Shown: positions 18,321 through 27,750, numbered from the stretch's first letter. The stretch: 32,000 nucleotides of DNA from Synechococcus sp. A15-28 (GCF_014280175.1 NZ_CP047931.1:1320001-1352000); one strand, 5' to 3'. A program made the numbers and translations. The notes: generated by a model from the sequence alone, not told the origin.

Positions 18321-20009
18321 ATGACCACCACCAACTACGACCCCCGCATCCTCAAGGCGCCCCATCCCGTACCGGGTGCGCCGGATAACTGGAAGCGCTT
18401 TTTCAGCTTCAACACCGATGCCAAGGTGATCGGGATTCAGTACATCGCCACCTCACTGTTCTTCCTGCTGGTGGGAGGTCTGCTGGCGATGATTGTGCGC
18501 GGTGAGCTGATCACACCGCCGGCCGATCTGGTGGATCCGAGCGTCTACAACGGTCTTTACACGATGCATGGAACAGTGATGCTGTTCCTGTTTCTGTTCC
18601 CGATCCTCAACGGTTTCAACAACCTGTTGATCCCCACGATGATCGGCGCGCCGGACATGGCGTTCCCAAAACTCAACGCCGCCGCCTTCTGGTTGGTGCC
18701 TGTTTTCGCCGTGGTGCTGATGGGCAGCTTCTTTGCACCCGGCGGACCAGCCTCCTCTGGATGGTGGTCTTATCCGCCGATGAGCCTGCAGAACCCACTG
18801 GGGCACTTCATCAACGGCGAGTTTCTCTGGATCCTGGCGGTGGCTCTGTCGGGGATCTCCTCGATCATGGGCGCCGTCAATTTCGTGACGACGATCATCC
18901 GGATGCGGGCCCCCGGCATGGGCTTTTTCAAGATGCCGGTGTTCGTCTGGACCGCCTGGGCCGCCCAGACGATTCAGCTTGTCGGCCTGCCTGCACTCAC
19001 CGGTGGTGCCGTGATGCTGCTGTTTGACCTCAGCTTCGGCACCAGCTTTTTCCGACCTGAAGGTGGCGGTGATCCGGTGCTGTTTCAGCACTTCTTCTGG
19101 TTCTATTCCCACCCTGCCGTGTACGTGCTGGTGCTGCCGGTGTTCGGCATCTTTTCTGAGCTGTTCCCGGTGTATGCCCGCAAGCCACTCTTCGGCTACC
19201 GCTTTGTGGCCATCGCCTCCTTCGGCATCACCTTCCTCAGCCTGATTGTGTGGGCACACCACATGTTCTACACAGGCACACCGAACTGGATGCGCCACAT
19301 CTTCATGTTCACCACGATGTTGATCGCCGTTCCAACAGGAGTGAAGGTGTTCGCCTGGTTGGGCACCCTGTGGCAGGGAAACCTGAGGCTGAACACACCG
19401 ATGCTGTTCTGCCTTGGTGGCCTGTTCAACTTCATCTTTGCCGGCATCACCGGCGTGATGCTGGCGACAGTGCCCATCGACATCCATGTGGGCAACACCG
19501 CTTTCGTCGTGGCCCATTTCCACTACGTGATCTTCAACACGATCGGCTTTGGGGTGTTCGCCGGCATCTACCACTGGTTCCCGAAATTCACCGGCAGGAT
19601 GTACTACGAGGGCCTGGGCAAAGTGCACTTTGCGCTCACCTTCATCGGCGCCACCCTCAACTGGCTTCCGATTCACTGGGCCGGCCTGCTCGGGATGCCC
19701 CGTCGTGTGGCCTCCTACGACCCGGAATTCGCCATCTGGAATGTGCTGGGCAGCATCGGCGCCTTCATGCTCGGCGTCGCCTCGATCCCCTTCATTCTCA
19801 ACATGGTGAGCTCCTGGTCCCGGGGCCCGAAGGCTCCACCCAATCCCTGGCGGGCCATCGGCCTGGAGTGGCTGCTGCCCTCCCCACCACCGGCTGAGAA
19901 CTTCGAGGACGACATCCCCACCGTGATCAGTGAGCCTTACGGCTACGGCCTGGGCCACCCCCTCGTCGAGGACGAGGAGTTCTACGTCCGCCGTTCCCAG
20001 GAGGCCTGA
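18321..20009 (+). CDS. ctaD: Heme-copper oxidase subunit I (A2-type motif)
   Basis: YTMHGTVMLFLFLFPI, QHFFWFYSHPAVYVLVLPVFG, AHHMFYTG, AHFHYV: all heme and CuB ligands recognisable. Confidence 0.96.
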   Translation: MTTTNYDPRILKAPHPVPGAPDNWKRFFSFNTDAKVIGIQYIATSLFFLLVGGLLAMIVRGELITPPADLVDPSVYNGLYTMHGTVMLFLFLFPILNGFNNLLIPTMIGAPDMAFPKLNAAAFWLVPVFAVVLMGSFFAPGGPASSGWWSYPPMSLQNPLGHFINGEFLWILAVALSGISSIMGAVNFVTTIIRMRAPGMGFFKMPVFVWTAWAAQTIQLVGLPALTGGAVMLLFDLSFGTSFFRPEGGGDPVLFQHFFWFYSHPAVYVLVLPVFGIFSELFPVYARKPLFGYRFVAIASFGITFLSLIVWAHHMFYTGTPNWMRHIFMFTTMLIAVPTGVKVFAWLGTLWQGNLRLNTPMLFCLGGLFNFIFAGITGVMLATVPIDIHVGNTAFVVAHFHYVIFNTIGFGVFAGIYHWFPKFTGRMYYEGLGKVHFALTFIGATLNWLPIHWAGLLGMPRRVASYDPEFAIWNVLGSIGAFMLGVASIPFILNMVSSWSRGPKAPPNPWRAIGLEWLLPSPPPAENFEDDIPTVISEPYGYGLGHPLVEDEEFYVRRSQEA

Positions 20010-20013
20010 ACCG

Positions 20014-20610
20014 ATGACCAGCGTCAATCCCGACATTCAGCTCAATCACACCCCTGGCCATGTGAAGCACGACGGTCACAACATGACCGGCTTCGTGATC
20101 TTCCTCTGCTCCGAGAGCGTCATCTTCCTGGCCTTCTTCGCTGGCTACGCCGTGCTCAAGCTCACGGCTCCCCAATGGCTACCGGATGGCGTTGAGGGGT
20201 TGGAGGTGCGCATGCCCCTGATCAACAGCGTGGTCTTGGTGAGCTCCAGTTTTGTGGCCTACTTCGCCGAGCGCTATCTGCACAAGGGCAACCTCTGGGG
20301 CTTCCGGGCGGTGTGGCTATTGACCATGGCGATGGGGTCCTACTTCGTCTACGGGCAGTACGTCGAATGGTCGGAACTCACTTTCAGCCTCAGCAGCGGT
20401 GTGTTCGGCGGGATGTTCTACCTGCTCACCGGCTTTCACGGCCTGCACGTGATCACCGGCATCCTGATGATGGGCCTGATGCTGGCCCGATCGTTCCGTC
20501 CCGGAAATTACGACAAGGGCGAGATGGGCGTTGCTTCAGTAAGCCTGTTCTGGCACTTCGTCGATGTGATCTGGATCCTTCTTTTCCTCCTTATCTACGT
20601 CTGGCAGTAA
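20014..20610 (+). CDS. ctaE: Cytochrome c oxidase subunit III
   Basis: FVIFLCSESVIFLAFFAGY, FYLLTGFHGLHVITGI, SLFWHFVDVIWILLFLLIYVW. Confidence 0.95.
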   Translation: MTSVNPDIQLNHTPGHVKHDGHNMTGFVIFLCSESVIFLAFFAGYAVLKLTAPQWLPDGVEGLEVRMPLINSVVLVSSSFVAYFAERYLHKGNLWGFRAVWLLTMAMGSYFVYGQYVEWSELTFSLSSGVFGGMFYLLTGFHGLHVITGILMMGLMLARSFRPGNYDKGEMGVASVSLFWHFVDVIWILLFLLIYVWQ

Positions 20611-20614
20611 TCCA

Positions 20615-22120
20615 ATGATTATCGACGACCGCCACTACGACGTCATCGTCATCGGCAGCGGCGCCGGTGGCGGCACCCTGGCTGGTGCTCTGAGCCGCAA
20701 GGGCAAAACCGTGCTGGTGCTGGAGCGCGGCGGCGCCATGGCTCTTGAGGATCAGAACGTCGCTGACGTGGATCTGTTCCGCAAGGACCGCTATCACCCC
20801 AAAAACGAACGCTGGTTCGGACCGGACGGCGATCCCTTCGCCCCCCAGACCACCTACGCCCGCGGCGGCAACACCAAGATCTGGGGCGCGGTGCTGGAGC
20901 GCATGCGTGAAAAGGACTTCACCGAAGTCCCCCTGCAGGAGGGTGTGTCACCCGCCTGGCCGTTCGACTACGCCGAACTTGCCCCTTACTACGAACAGGC
21001 TGAACAGCTCTACCGGGTGCATGGCAAGGCCGGAGTCGACCCCACCGAACCCAGCTGTCAAGGCGAGTATGTGGCCAAACCCAAAGCGGTGGAGCCATTC
21101 CTGGAACCGCTTCGCGCCGCTCTGCAACGCCAGGGATGCCGCCCTTACGACATCCCCATCAGCTGGTCGGACGACAAGGACGACCCGAGCGGCGATGCCC
21201 AGCTGTTCGGTCTCGAGGCCGGGGATCCAGATCGGCTCACCCTGCGCGACAACGCCAAGGTGCAGCGACTCCATGTGAGCCCCAGCGGCCGCGAGGTGAA
21301 AGCTGTGGAAGCGGAGCTTGAGGGAGACACCTGGTTGTTCCGCGCCGATGTGGTGGTGTTGGCGGCCGGTGCTGTGAACACTCCAGTGATGCTGTTGCGC
21401 TCGGCAACCTCCCACCACCCCAAGGGCATCGGCAACGGCTCCGATCAGGTGGGCCGCAATCTGATGAATCTGCAGCTCACCTCGATCCTGCAGCTGGCCA
21501 CCGAACGCAACAGCGGTCGCTATGGACGCTCCCTGGGCATCAACGACTACTACTGGGGAGACAAGAACGTCAGCTTTCCCCTGGGTCACATCCAGACCGC
21601 CGGTGGCGTGCTGCAGGACGCGTTGTTCGCCGAGTCGCCGCCTGTTCTCTCCCTGGTGAGCAAGATGATTCCAGACTTCGGCCTCGAGCGTCTGGCATCA
21701 CGCTCCGTGGCCTGGTGGGCGATGACGGAGGTGATGCCGGATCCCCACAACAAGATCTGGCTGCACAACGACCAGATCCGCATCAACTACATCCACAACA
21801 ACCGCGAAGCTCACGATCGACTCGTCTACCGCTGGATCGACACCTTGAAAGAGGTGGAGAAGGACCCGATCACCAAAGTGGTGCTCCAGGCCCCCACCCA
21901 TGCCCGCGGCGCAGCACCCCTGAGTGTGGTGGGCTATGGCTGCGGCAGTTGTCGAATGGGCGACGACCCCGCCAATGCCGTGGTCGATGCTCATGGAAAG
22001 TGCCATGAACTGGACAACCTCTACATCGCGGACGCCAGCGTCTTCCCCAGCTGCCCCAGCGTGGGACCTGGACTCAGCGTGATCGCGTTGGCCCTGAGGC
22101 TGGCGGACCAGCTCAGCTGA
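20615..22120 (+). CDS. GMC-family FAD-dependent oxidoreductase, co-directional with the oxidase operon
   Basis: YDVIVIGSGAGGGTLAGALSRKGKTVLVLERG (FAD motif), ARGGNTKIWGAVLERM, and C-terminal SCRMGDDPANAVVDAHGKCHELDNLYIADASVFPSCPSVGPGLSVIALALRLADQ. Confidence 0.9.
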   Translation: MIIDDRHYDVIVIGSGAGGGTLAGALSRKGKTVLVLERGGAMALEDQNVADVDLFRKDRYHPKNERWFGPDGDPFAPQTTYARGGNTKIWGAVLERMREKDFTEVPLQEGVSPAWPFDYAELAPYYEQAEQLYRVHGKAGVDPTEPSCQGEYVAKPKAVEPFLEPLRAALQRQGCRPYDIPISWSDDKDDPSGDAQLFGLEAGDPDRLTLRDNAKVQRLHVSPSGREVKAVEAELEGDTWLFRADVVVLAAGAVNTPVMLLRSATSHHPKGIGNGSDQVGRNLMNLQLTSILQLATERNSGRYGRSLGINDYYWGDKNVSFPLGHIQTAGGVLQDALFAESPPVLSLVSKMIPDFGLERLASRSVAWWAMTEVMPDPHNKIWLHNDQIRINYIHNNREAHDRLVYRWIDTLKEVEKDPITKVVLQAPTHARGAAPLSVVGYGCGSCRMGDDPANAVVDAHGKCHELDNLYIADASVFPSCPSVGPGLSVIALALRLADQLS

Positions 22121-22594
22121 TCAATCGCCGAGCAGATAGGCCCGCAGCGAGCCGATCGGCCCCTGCTGTGGGGCCTGCTGCACCAAGCGCCCTGCCAACA
22201 GGGCACCACCGATCACTTCGTTGGGGACCAACCGCGACATCAGGCGCGCCTCCAGCTCACTGTTGATCTCATCGCTTGGATACAAGCTGATCACAGCCAT
22301 CACCTCGCGATCATCCATGAAGCGGTGAACGAGCACGGTGATCTGACTGTCACTAAGAAAACTGCGGCCGTCGCGACCGAACAGGTGCTGCACGGCATGA
22401 AACAGCTCATGTCGAGCCACCTCATCAATGGAGCGTCCTTTGGAACGGATGCGCTCGGTGCAGAGCGCAATCTCGGAGCGCTGGGGGTCGTAGCTGCCCA
22501 TCCCCGCCTGCTGACCCGCGCACCACTGGCCTCCCTGAACCGTTCCCACCCCCAACCAAGCCGCGAGAAGCAACAAGACGGGAATGGGCATCAA
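22121..22594 (-). CDS. Secreted hypothetical protein with an HExxH motif
   Basis: Hydrophobic N-terminus and RHELFHAVQHLF. Confidence 0.6.
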   Translation of the reverse strand: MMPIPVLLLLAAWLGVGTVQGGQWCAGQQAGMGSYDPQRSEIALCTERIRSKGRSIDEVARHELFHAVQHLFGRDGRSFLSDSQITVLVHRFMDDREVMAVISLYPSDEINSELEARLMSRLVPNEVIGGALLAGRLVQQAPQQGPIGSLRAYLLGD

Positions 22595-22686
22595 GAATCA
22601 ACGCATCCTTAACTTGACCATAACCAGTGCGTCTCACAGGTCCTGTGATGGATACGACGGATCTCAAGATTTTTCAGGTTCTCGAA

Positions 22687-24054
22687 TCAACCCATCGTCA
22701 CGAATTCCTCGGACACCGAGGGGTGAAGGGCCATGGTTCGATCGAAGTCCGCTTTGGTGGCCCCCATCCCAACGGCGATGGCCGCCATCTGAATGATTTC
22801 AGCGGCGTGCTCCCCCACCATGTGACAACCCAGTACCCGATCCGTCGACGCTTCCACCACAAGCTTCAGCAGACAACGGGCACCGGAGGCGGGCAAAGCG
22901 CGCGACATCGAGCGGAAGCGGGCCCGATGAATCACCACAGCATCCACACCATGGCGGGCAACGGCCGCCTCCTCGGACAGTCCCACCGTGGCCAGCTCGG
23001 GATCACTGAACACGGCACTGGCCACAAGGTCATGGTTCACCTGTCGCGGCTGGCCGCCGAAGGTGGAGTCGGCAAAGGCACGGCCTTCATCGATCGCCAC
23101 GGGTGTGAGGTTCACCCGGTCGGTGACATCACCGACCGCATGAATGTGCGGAACCGATGTGCATGAGTCGGCATCAACCCGGATCCGACCGTTCTCCACC
23201 ACCACGCCAGCAGCCTCGAGCCCCAGTCCCTCCAGCCAGGGACGCCGCCCCGTGGCCATCAACACCCCACCGCAGGGCAGCTCCAGACCATCCGACAACA
23301 GAACCTTCAGCTCTCCGGGCTGACCACGCACCGCCGTGACGCTGCGTTCCAGCACGACGTGAATGCCTTGGTCCCGCAGCCCCTCCAGCACGGCATCCGC
23401 CAGCTCCCGGTCAAATCCCCTGAGCAGGCCTGAGCCCCGCACCACCTGGGTGACCTCCACCCCGAGGCCACGGAGGATGCAGGCGAATTCACAGGCGATG
23501 AAGCCCGCTCCTACCACCACAACGTCCCGCGGCAAAGTCTCCAGATTGAACATGTCGTCACTGATCCAGGTGTGTTCCACCCCGGGGATGTCGGGGCGCA
23601 CAGGGCGTCCTCCGACGGCCACCAGAACGCGGCTGGCGGACAACTCCCGTTGGATCGGGCCGTCCCTCTCAGTTGCGATGCCGATGGTCTGGTCCGAGAG
23701 AAACCGGCCCCAGCCGTCGATGCGTTCAACGCCCGCCTTCTCCAGAAAATTGAGATGCAGGTGATTGAGCCGATCCACCTCGGCCCGCACCCGGCGAAAT
23801 AACTCCGTAACGCTGCTTTCAACCGCACCAATCGTGAGGCCATAGGCCGGCGCATCCTTCAGCTGATGCCGTGCCTGGGCGCCGTAGACCAGCAGTTTTT
23901 TCGGGACACACCCCCGGATCACACAGGTGCCGCCGACGCGGTCTCCCTCAACAATGGCCACTTTCGCGCCATGGCGGGCCGCCCGCTTGGCAGCGGCCAG
24001 ACCGCCAGACCCAGCACCAAGAACAAGTAGATCAAGCGTTGAATCGATGGCCAT
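22687..24054 (-). CDS. gor: Glutathione reductase
   Basis: GAGSGGLAAAKRAARHGAKVAIVEGDRVGGTCVIRGCVPKKLLVYGAQ, HAVGDVTDRVNLTPVAIDEGR, C-terminal MALHPSVSEEFVTM. Confidence 0.95.
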   Translation of the reverse strand: MAIDSTLDLLVLGAGSGGLAAAKRAARHGAKVAIVEGDRVGGTCVIRGCVPKKLLVYGAQARHQLKDAPAYGLTIGAVESSVTELFRRVRAEVDRLNHLHLNFLEKAGVERIDGWGRFLSDQTIGIATERDGPIQRELSASRVLVAVGGRPVRPDIPGVEHTWISDDMFNLETLPRDVVVVGAGFIACEFACILRGLGVEVTQVVRGSGLLRGFDRELADAVLEGLRDQGIHVVLERSVTAVRGQPGELKVLLSDGLELPCGGVLMATGRRPWLEGLGLEAAGVVVENGRIRVDADSCTSVPHIHAVGDVTDRVNLTPVAIDEGRAFADSTFGGQPRQVNHDLVASAVFSDPELATVGLSEEAAVARHGVDAVVIHRARFRSMSRALPASGARCLLKLVVEASTDRVLGCHMVGEHAAEIIQMAAIAVGMGATKADFDRTMALHPSVSEEFVTMG

Positions 24055-24119
24055 GGCGGCATTGGCAGGAGGTCAATTCTCCTGATGCAAGGGATGCCTG
24101 TCGACGTGCCGCCAGACAC

Positions 24120-24212
24120 ATGGCAAAAGGTAAAGGCAGCGTTATGGTCAGAGCAAGATTGGCTCAAGGGCACGTGAAGAAGCGTGGGCCTGTGAGTACT
24201 GCCAACGCTTAA
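24120..24212 (+). CDS. Candidate 30-aa basic microprotein MAKGKGSVMVRARLAQGHVKKRGPVSTANA
   Basis: ATG at 24120, TAA at 24210-24212, 2 nt before the ATG of the next ORF. Not listed as a separate ORF in the track. Confidence 0.4.
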   Translation: MAKGKGSVMVRARLAQGHVKKRGPVSTANA

Positions 24213-24214
24213 CC

Positions 24215-24454
24215 ATGAAAAAGAAGCAACGCTCCAAGCCGCAACCGCCCGACCTCGACCAGCAGGTCCTTCAGCGTCGGGACATTGTGATGATGCTCAC
24301 CTCCGACGACATGACACTGCGGCTCAAGCAACTGGCTCAGCAGGGTCGCCAGGACGACTGTCTGGCGCTGATGCAGGAACTGGGTGACTGGCAGTCCTAT
24401 GGACGAGGCGATCTGTCTCCGATCCTCCATGCCCCTTACATCGGCTCCATCTGA
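24215..24454 (+). CDS. Conserved hypothetical protein (79 aa)
   Basis: MKKKQRSKPQPPDLDQQVLQRRDIVMMLTSDDMTLRLKQLAQQGRQDDCLALMQELGDW, operon-like spacing with the downstream GST. Confidence 0.55.
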   Translation: MKKKQRSKPQPPDLDQQVLQRRDIVMMLTSDDMTLRLKQLAQQGRQDDCLALMQELGDWQSYGRGDLSPILHAPYIGSI

Positions 24455-25661
24455 AGCGCTCTCCTGGTCTGACCTGGAGGATCTGACGGTTGACCACACT
24501 GGAGGCATCCAGGGAGCGACCAATGCCCAGGCAACGCTTCGCCTGTTCGGGAGCGAGGAGAGTGCCGTTCGCGTCACCCTGTATCGCGATCACCATGCCT
24601 GGTGCCCCTACTGCCAGAAGGTGTGGTTGTGGTTGGAGTTCAAACGGATTCCCTATCGCATCCGCAAGGTGACGATGCGCTGCTACGGCAGCAAAGAACC
24701 CTGGTTTCTGCGTCTCGTCCCCAGTGGGATGCTTCCAGCCCTCGACCTCGACGGCCGGCTGATCACCGAAAGCGATGAAATCCTCCTGCTGCTGGAGGCG
24801 ACCTTCGGGCCCCTTGGGCAACCCATGACGACCCTTGAGGTGCGTTCACAGCGGCAGCTGGAACGCCTGCTGTTCCGGGCCTGGTGTCTGTGGCTGTGCA
24901 CCCCTGGCCTCAGCCCGGGAGAAGACAGGCGCGCTATGGAGCAATTCCGACGGATTGCCGGACAGTTCGAACAAGCCCTGCGTCAATCCCCTGGTCCCTT
25001 TCTCGATCCCGCTGCACCCGGAACCGCTGATCTGGTGTTCGTGCCCTATGTGGAACGCATGAATGCCTCACTGGCCTATTACAAGGGATATCGACTGCGC
25101 CAAGAGCACCCGGCCATCGACGCCTGGTTCCAGGCTCTCGAACAACTGGCCACCTATCGAGGCACCCAGAGCGATCACCACACCCATGCCCATGACCTCC
25201 CCCCGCAGATGGGGGGCTGCTGGTCCAACAACTCCGATGCGGCACGGACCATGGCCGATCAGATCGATCGCGGGGATGGGCTTGGTGTCGATGAAGCCCG
25301 CTGGGACTCCGACCACTGCATCGACGCGGCGGCCATCGCCCTGGGACGGGTGCTGCGTCACCGCAAGCCCTTGATGGAAAGCAATCCGCTGGGCCCTAGC
25401 GGTTTTGACCAACCCCTCCGCTGTGCCCTGACCCATCTGATGGGCCAAGGCACCCCATCCCCCGCCCGCGGCAGTGCCCTCGCTCTGCGCTACCTGCGCG
25501 ATCGCATCTCAGTGCCTCGGGACATGCCCCTGCCGGCCGCTCGACTGCTTCGTCAGGCGCTTGAACGGACCGCTGCCATGGATGGACCGGATCAACCCCC
25601 ACCGCTGCCGACCCGGGACCGGTTCGACCAGGATCCAGCCCCATTTGTGGGTCGGTCATAG
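24429..25661 (+). CDS. Glutathione S-transferase-like protein with a long C-terminal region
   Basis: VTLYRDHHAWCPYCQKVWLWLEFKRIPYRIRKVTM, SGMLPALDLDGRLITESDEILLLLE, and a GST C-terminal helical domain followed by about 150 further residues. Confidence 0.85.
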   Translation: MPLTSAPSEALSWSDLEDLTVDHTGGIQGATNAQATLRLFGSEESAVRVTLYRDHHAWCPYCQKVWLWLEFKRIPYRIRKVTMRCYGSKEPWFLRLVPSGMLPALDLDGRLITESDEILLLLEATFGPLGQPMTTLEVRSQRQLERLLFRAWCLWLCTPGLSPGEDRRAMEQFRRIAGQFEQALRQSPGPFLDPAAPGTADLVFVPYVERMNASLAYYKGYRLRQEHPAIDAWFQALEQLATYRGTQSDHHTHAHDLPPQMGGCWSNNSDAARTMADQIDRGDGLGVDEARWDSDHCIDAAAIALGRVLRHRKPLMESNPLGPSGFDQPLRCALTHLMGQGTPSPARGSALALRYLRDRISVPRDMPLPAARLLRQALERTAAMDGPDQPPPLPTRDRFDQDPAPFVGRS

Positions 25662-25683
25662 TGAATGGGCATCCACCTTCGGT

Positions 25684-26352
25684 GTGACCCTCGATCTGCC
25701 TGGTTACCAAGCGATTCCAGAAGCCGGACGCAAAACCGAGCTGATTGAGATCCCTGTGGCCAGCCTCCAGCCGACCCAATGGTGCATCGGTCTGGCGGAG
25801 GTGTGGGCCCGGCAGGAGGATTTCGCCAAAGAAACCCGCCAGGAGCGGCTCGATTACCTCAAGGGCAAACCCGTGCCTTTGGTCCGCAGCGCCAGCGGTG
25901 AGGTCTGGATGGTGGATCGCCACCACCGTCTGCGGGCTCTGCTGGGGTTGGATCCCCAATCCACAGCTTGGGGATACGTCATCGCTGAGCTGCCCACCAG
26001 GGAACGCAGCGACGTGCTGCGGTTCCTCGAGCAGCAGGGTTGGTTGTACCTGGTCGACGGCCGGGGCATGGGGCCACGTCAATCGATCGACTTGCCCCGC
26101 ACCCTGCTCGACCTGGAGGATGACCCCTATCGCAGCCTGGTGTGGAAGCTGAAGAAGGAGGGCTTCATCAAACCTCAGCCTCAGATTCCGTACCACGAAT
26201 TTCGCTGGGGTGCCTGGCTGCGGCGACGCCCCTTGCCGCCCTTCAGCTCCCGGCAGCTCAATCCGGCGCTGGCACCGGCCCGGCGCCTGGTCTGTTCCCA
26301 GGCGGCCAGCGCCATGGCGGGCTGGAAAGGCGATAAAAAAGCTTGCCGCTGA
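25684..26352 (+). CDS. ParB-like nuclease-fold protein
   Basis: IPVASLQPTQWCIGLAEV, VPLVRSASGEVWMVDRHHRLRALLGL: a ParBc-like motif. Probable GTG start at 25684. Confidence 0.65.
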   Translation: MTLDLPGYQAIPEAGRKTELIEIPVASLQPTQWCIGLAEVWARQEDFAKETRQERLDYLKGKPVPLVRSASGEVWMVDRHHRLRALLGLDPQSTAWGYVIAELPTRERSDVLRFLEQQGWLYLVDGRGMGPRQSIDLPRTLLDLEDDPYRSLVWKLKKEGFIKPQPQIPYHEFRWGAWLRRRPLPPFSSRQLNPALAPARRLVCSQAASAMAGWKGDKKACR

Positions 26353-27750
26353 TCAGCGCTTCCGCCTGGAATCGATCTGAAGCAGGTCCTGGACCTTCTG
26401 CACCTGACCCGCCAGCTGGGGATCGCTGGCCAGCTTCTTCTCCACCTGTTCAATGGCGTACATCACAGTGGTGTGGTCCTTGCCGCCGAAGGTGTCACCG
26501 ATGCGCGGCAAACTCAGATCCGTGCCCTTCCGCATCAGATACATCCCCACCTGACGGGCCTGGCTGACGGCACGGCGGCGGGTGCTGCTGAGCATCTCCT
26601 CAGCGGTGACATCAAACACCTCCGACACCTTGTCGATCACCTGTTGGGGTGTGACCTCAACACCTTGTCCTGTCGGATCGAGCATCGGCGCCACCGACTC
26701 CACCGTCATCGGCAGACCGGTGATCGAAGCGAAGGCCACCGCACGGGTCAGGGCCCCCTCAAGCTCCCGTATGTTCGAGGTGAAGCGCCCCGCCAGGTAG
26801 TGGATCAGATCCCGTGGCAGGGCCATGCGCTCCTGCTCCGCCTTCTTCTGAAGGATCGCCATGCGGGTCTCGAGATCGGGGGCCTGGATATCAGCGATCA
26901 GTCCCATCTGGAACCGGGAGATCAGGCGCTGCTGCAAGCGGGGAATCTGACTGGGGGGCCGGTCACTGGCGATCACCACCTGTTTGCCGGCTTCATGCAG
27001 GGCGTTGAAGGTGTGAAAGAACTCCTCCTGGGTGTATTCCTTGCCTTCAATGAACTGGATGTCATCCACCAGCAGCAGATCTGCAGCGCGGTAGCGGTCC
27101 CGGAAGGCCTTCATGCCGTCCTTGCGGATGCTGTCGATCAGGTCATTGGTGAAGGTTTCGGTGGAGACGTAGGAGACCCGGGCTGAAGAGTCGATCTCCA
27201 GCCGGTAGTGGCCGATGGCCTGCATCAGGTGGGTCTTCCCCAGGCCGACACCACCACAGATGAACAGGGGGTTGAATTCACGGCCGGGGGCTTCTGCCAC
27301 CGCCAGGGCAGCCGCATGGGCCATACGGCTGTTCGGACCGACCACGAAGCGGCCGAACACATAACGGGGGTTCAGCCCCGGCAACACCCTGCGCGGTGAC
27401 CGCGCCGGTGCTGATTCCCTGGGGGCCGCCGACTCGCCTGGGGCCGAGGCGGGCTCCGGGGGTTCAGCGTGCTCGCCCGTGGAGGCTGACGACACGACGG
27501 CGGACTCGGCCAGAACCACCACCTGCACGGGACCACCGCAGGCCTCGCTGGCCAACTGGGTGATCGAGGGCAGCAACTGCTCCCTCAGCCTGACGCCGGC
27601 GAAGGGATTCGGAGCCAGGAGGCGCAGCTCCCCATTGGAAAAATCGCTGCAGGCCGTGGGCCGGATGAAGGTCTCGAAGGTGGGCTTGCTCAGCTTGCCC
27701 TGCAGCCCCTCACGCACCTTGCTCCAGAGCTCCTCGCCCGTCAGCACCAC
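26353..27750 (-). CDS. dnaA: Chromosomal replication initiator DnaA
   Basis: [24 protein letters not shown] (Walker A), [28 protein letters not shown], and domain [28 protein letters not shown] start; an in-frame stop lies just upstream. Confidence 0.97.
   Translation of the reverse strand: MVLTGEELWSKVREGLQGKLSKPTFETFIRPTACSDFSNGELRLLAPNPFAGVRLREQLLPSITQLASEACGGPVQVVVLAESAVVSSASTGEHAEPPEPASAPGESAAPRESAPARSPRRVLPGLNPRYVFGRFVVGPNSRMAHAAALAVAEAPGREFNPLFICGGVGLGKTHLMQAIGHYRLEIDSSARVSYVSTETFTNDLIDSIRKDGMKAFRDRYRAADLLLVDDIQFIEGKEYTQEEFFHTFNALHEAGKQVVIASDRPPSQIPRLQQRLISRFQMGLIADIQAPDLETRMAILQKKAEQERMALPRDLIHYLAGRFTSNIRELEGALTRAVAFASITGLPMTVESVAPMLDPTGQGVEVTPQQVIDKVSEVFDVTAEEMLSSTRRRAVSQARQVGMYLMRKGTDLSLPRIGDTFGGKDHTTVMYAIEQVEKKLASDPQLAGQVQKVQDLLQIDSRRKR

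Noticed and set aside
18453-20036. 527-aa minus-strand ORF opposite ctaD
   Set aside because: Antisense to a clear oxidase subunit I. The translation is low-complexity (His/Gln/Gly/Glu/Asp-rich), as expected from the complement of a high-GC gene, with no domain.
25950-25980. TCCCCAA-TCCACAGC-TTGGGGA inverted repeat containing TCCACA, considered as a DnaA box or regulatory hairpin near dnaA
   Set aside because: It is inside the coding frame of the ParB-like gene (DPQSTAWG), is a single copy, and is not a full TTATCCACA box. Probably chance.
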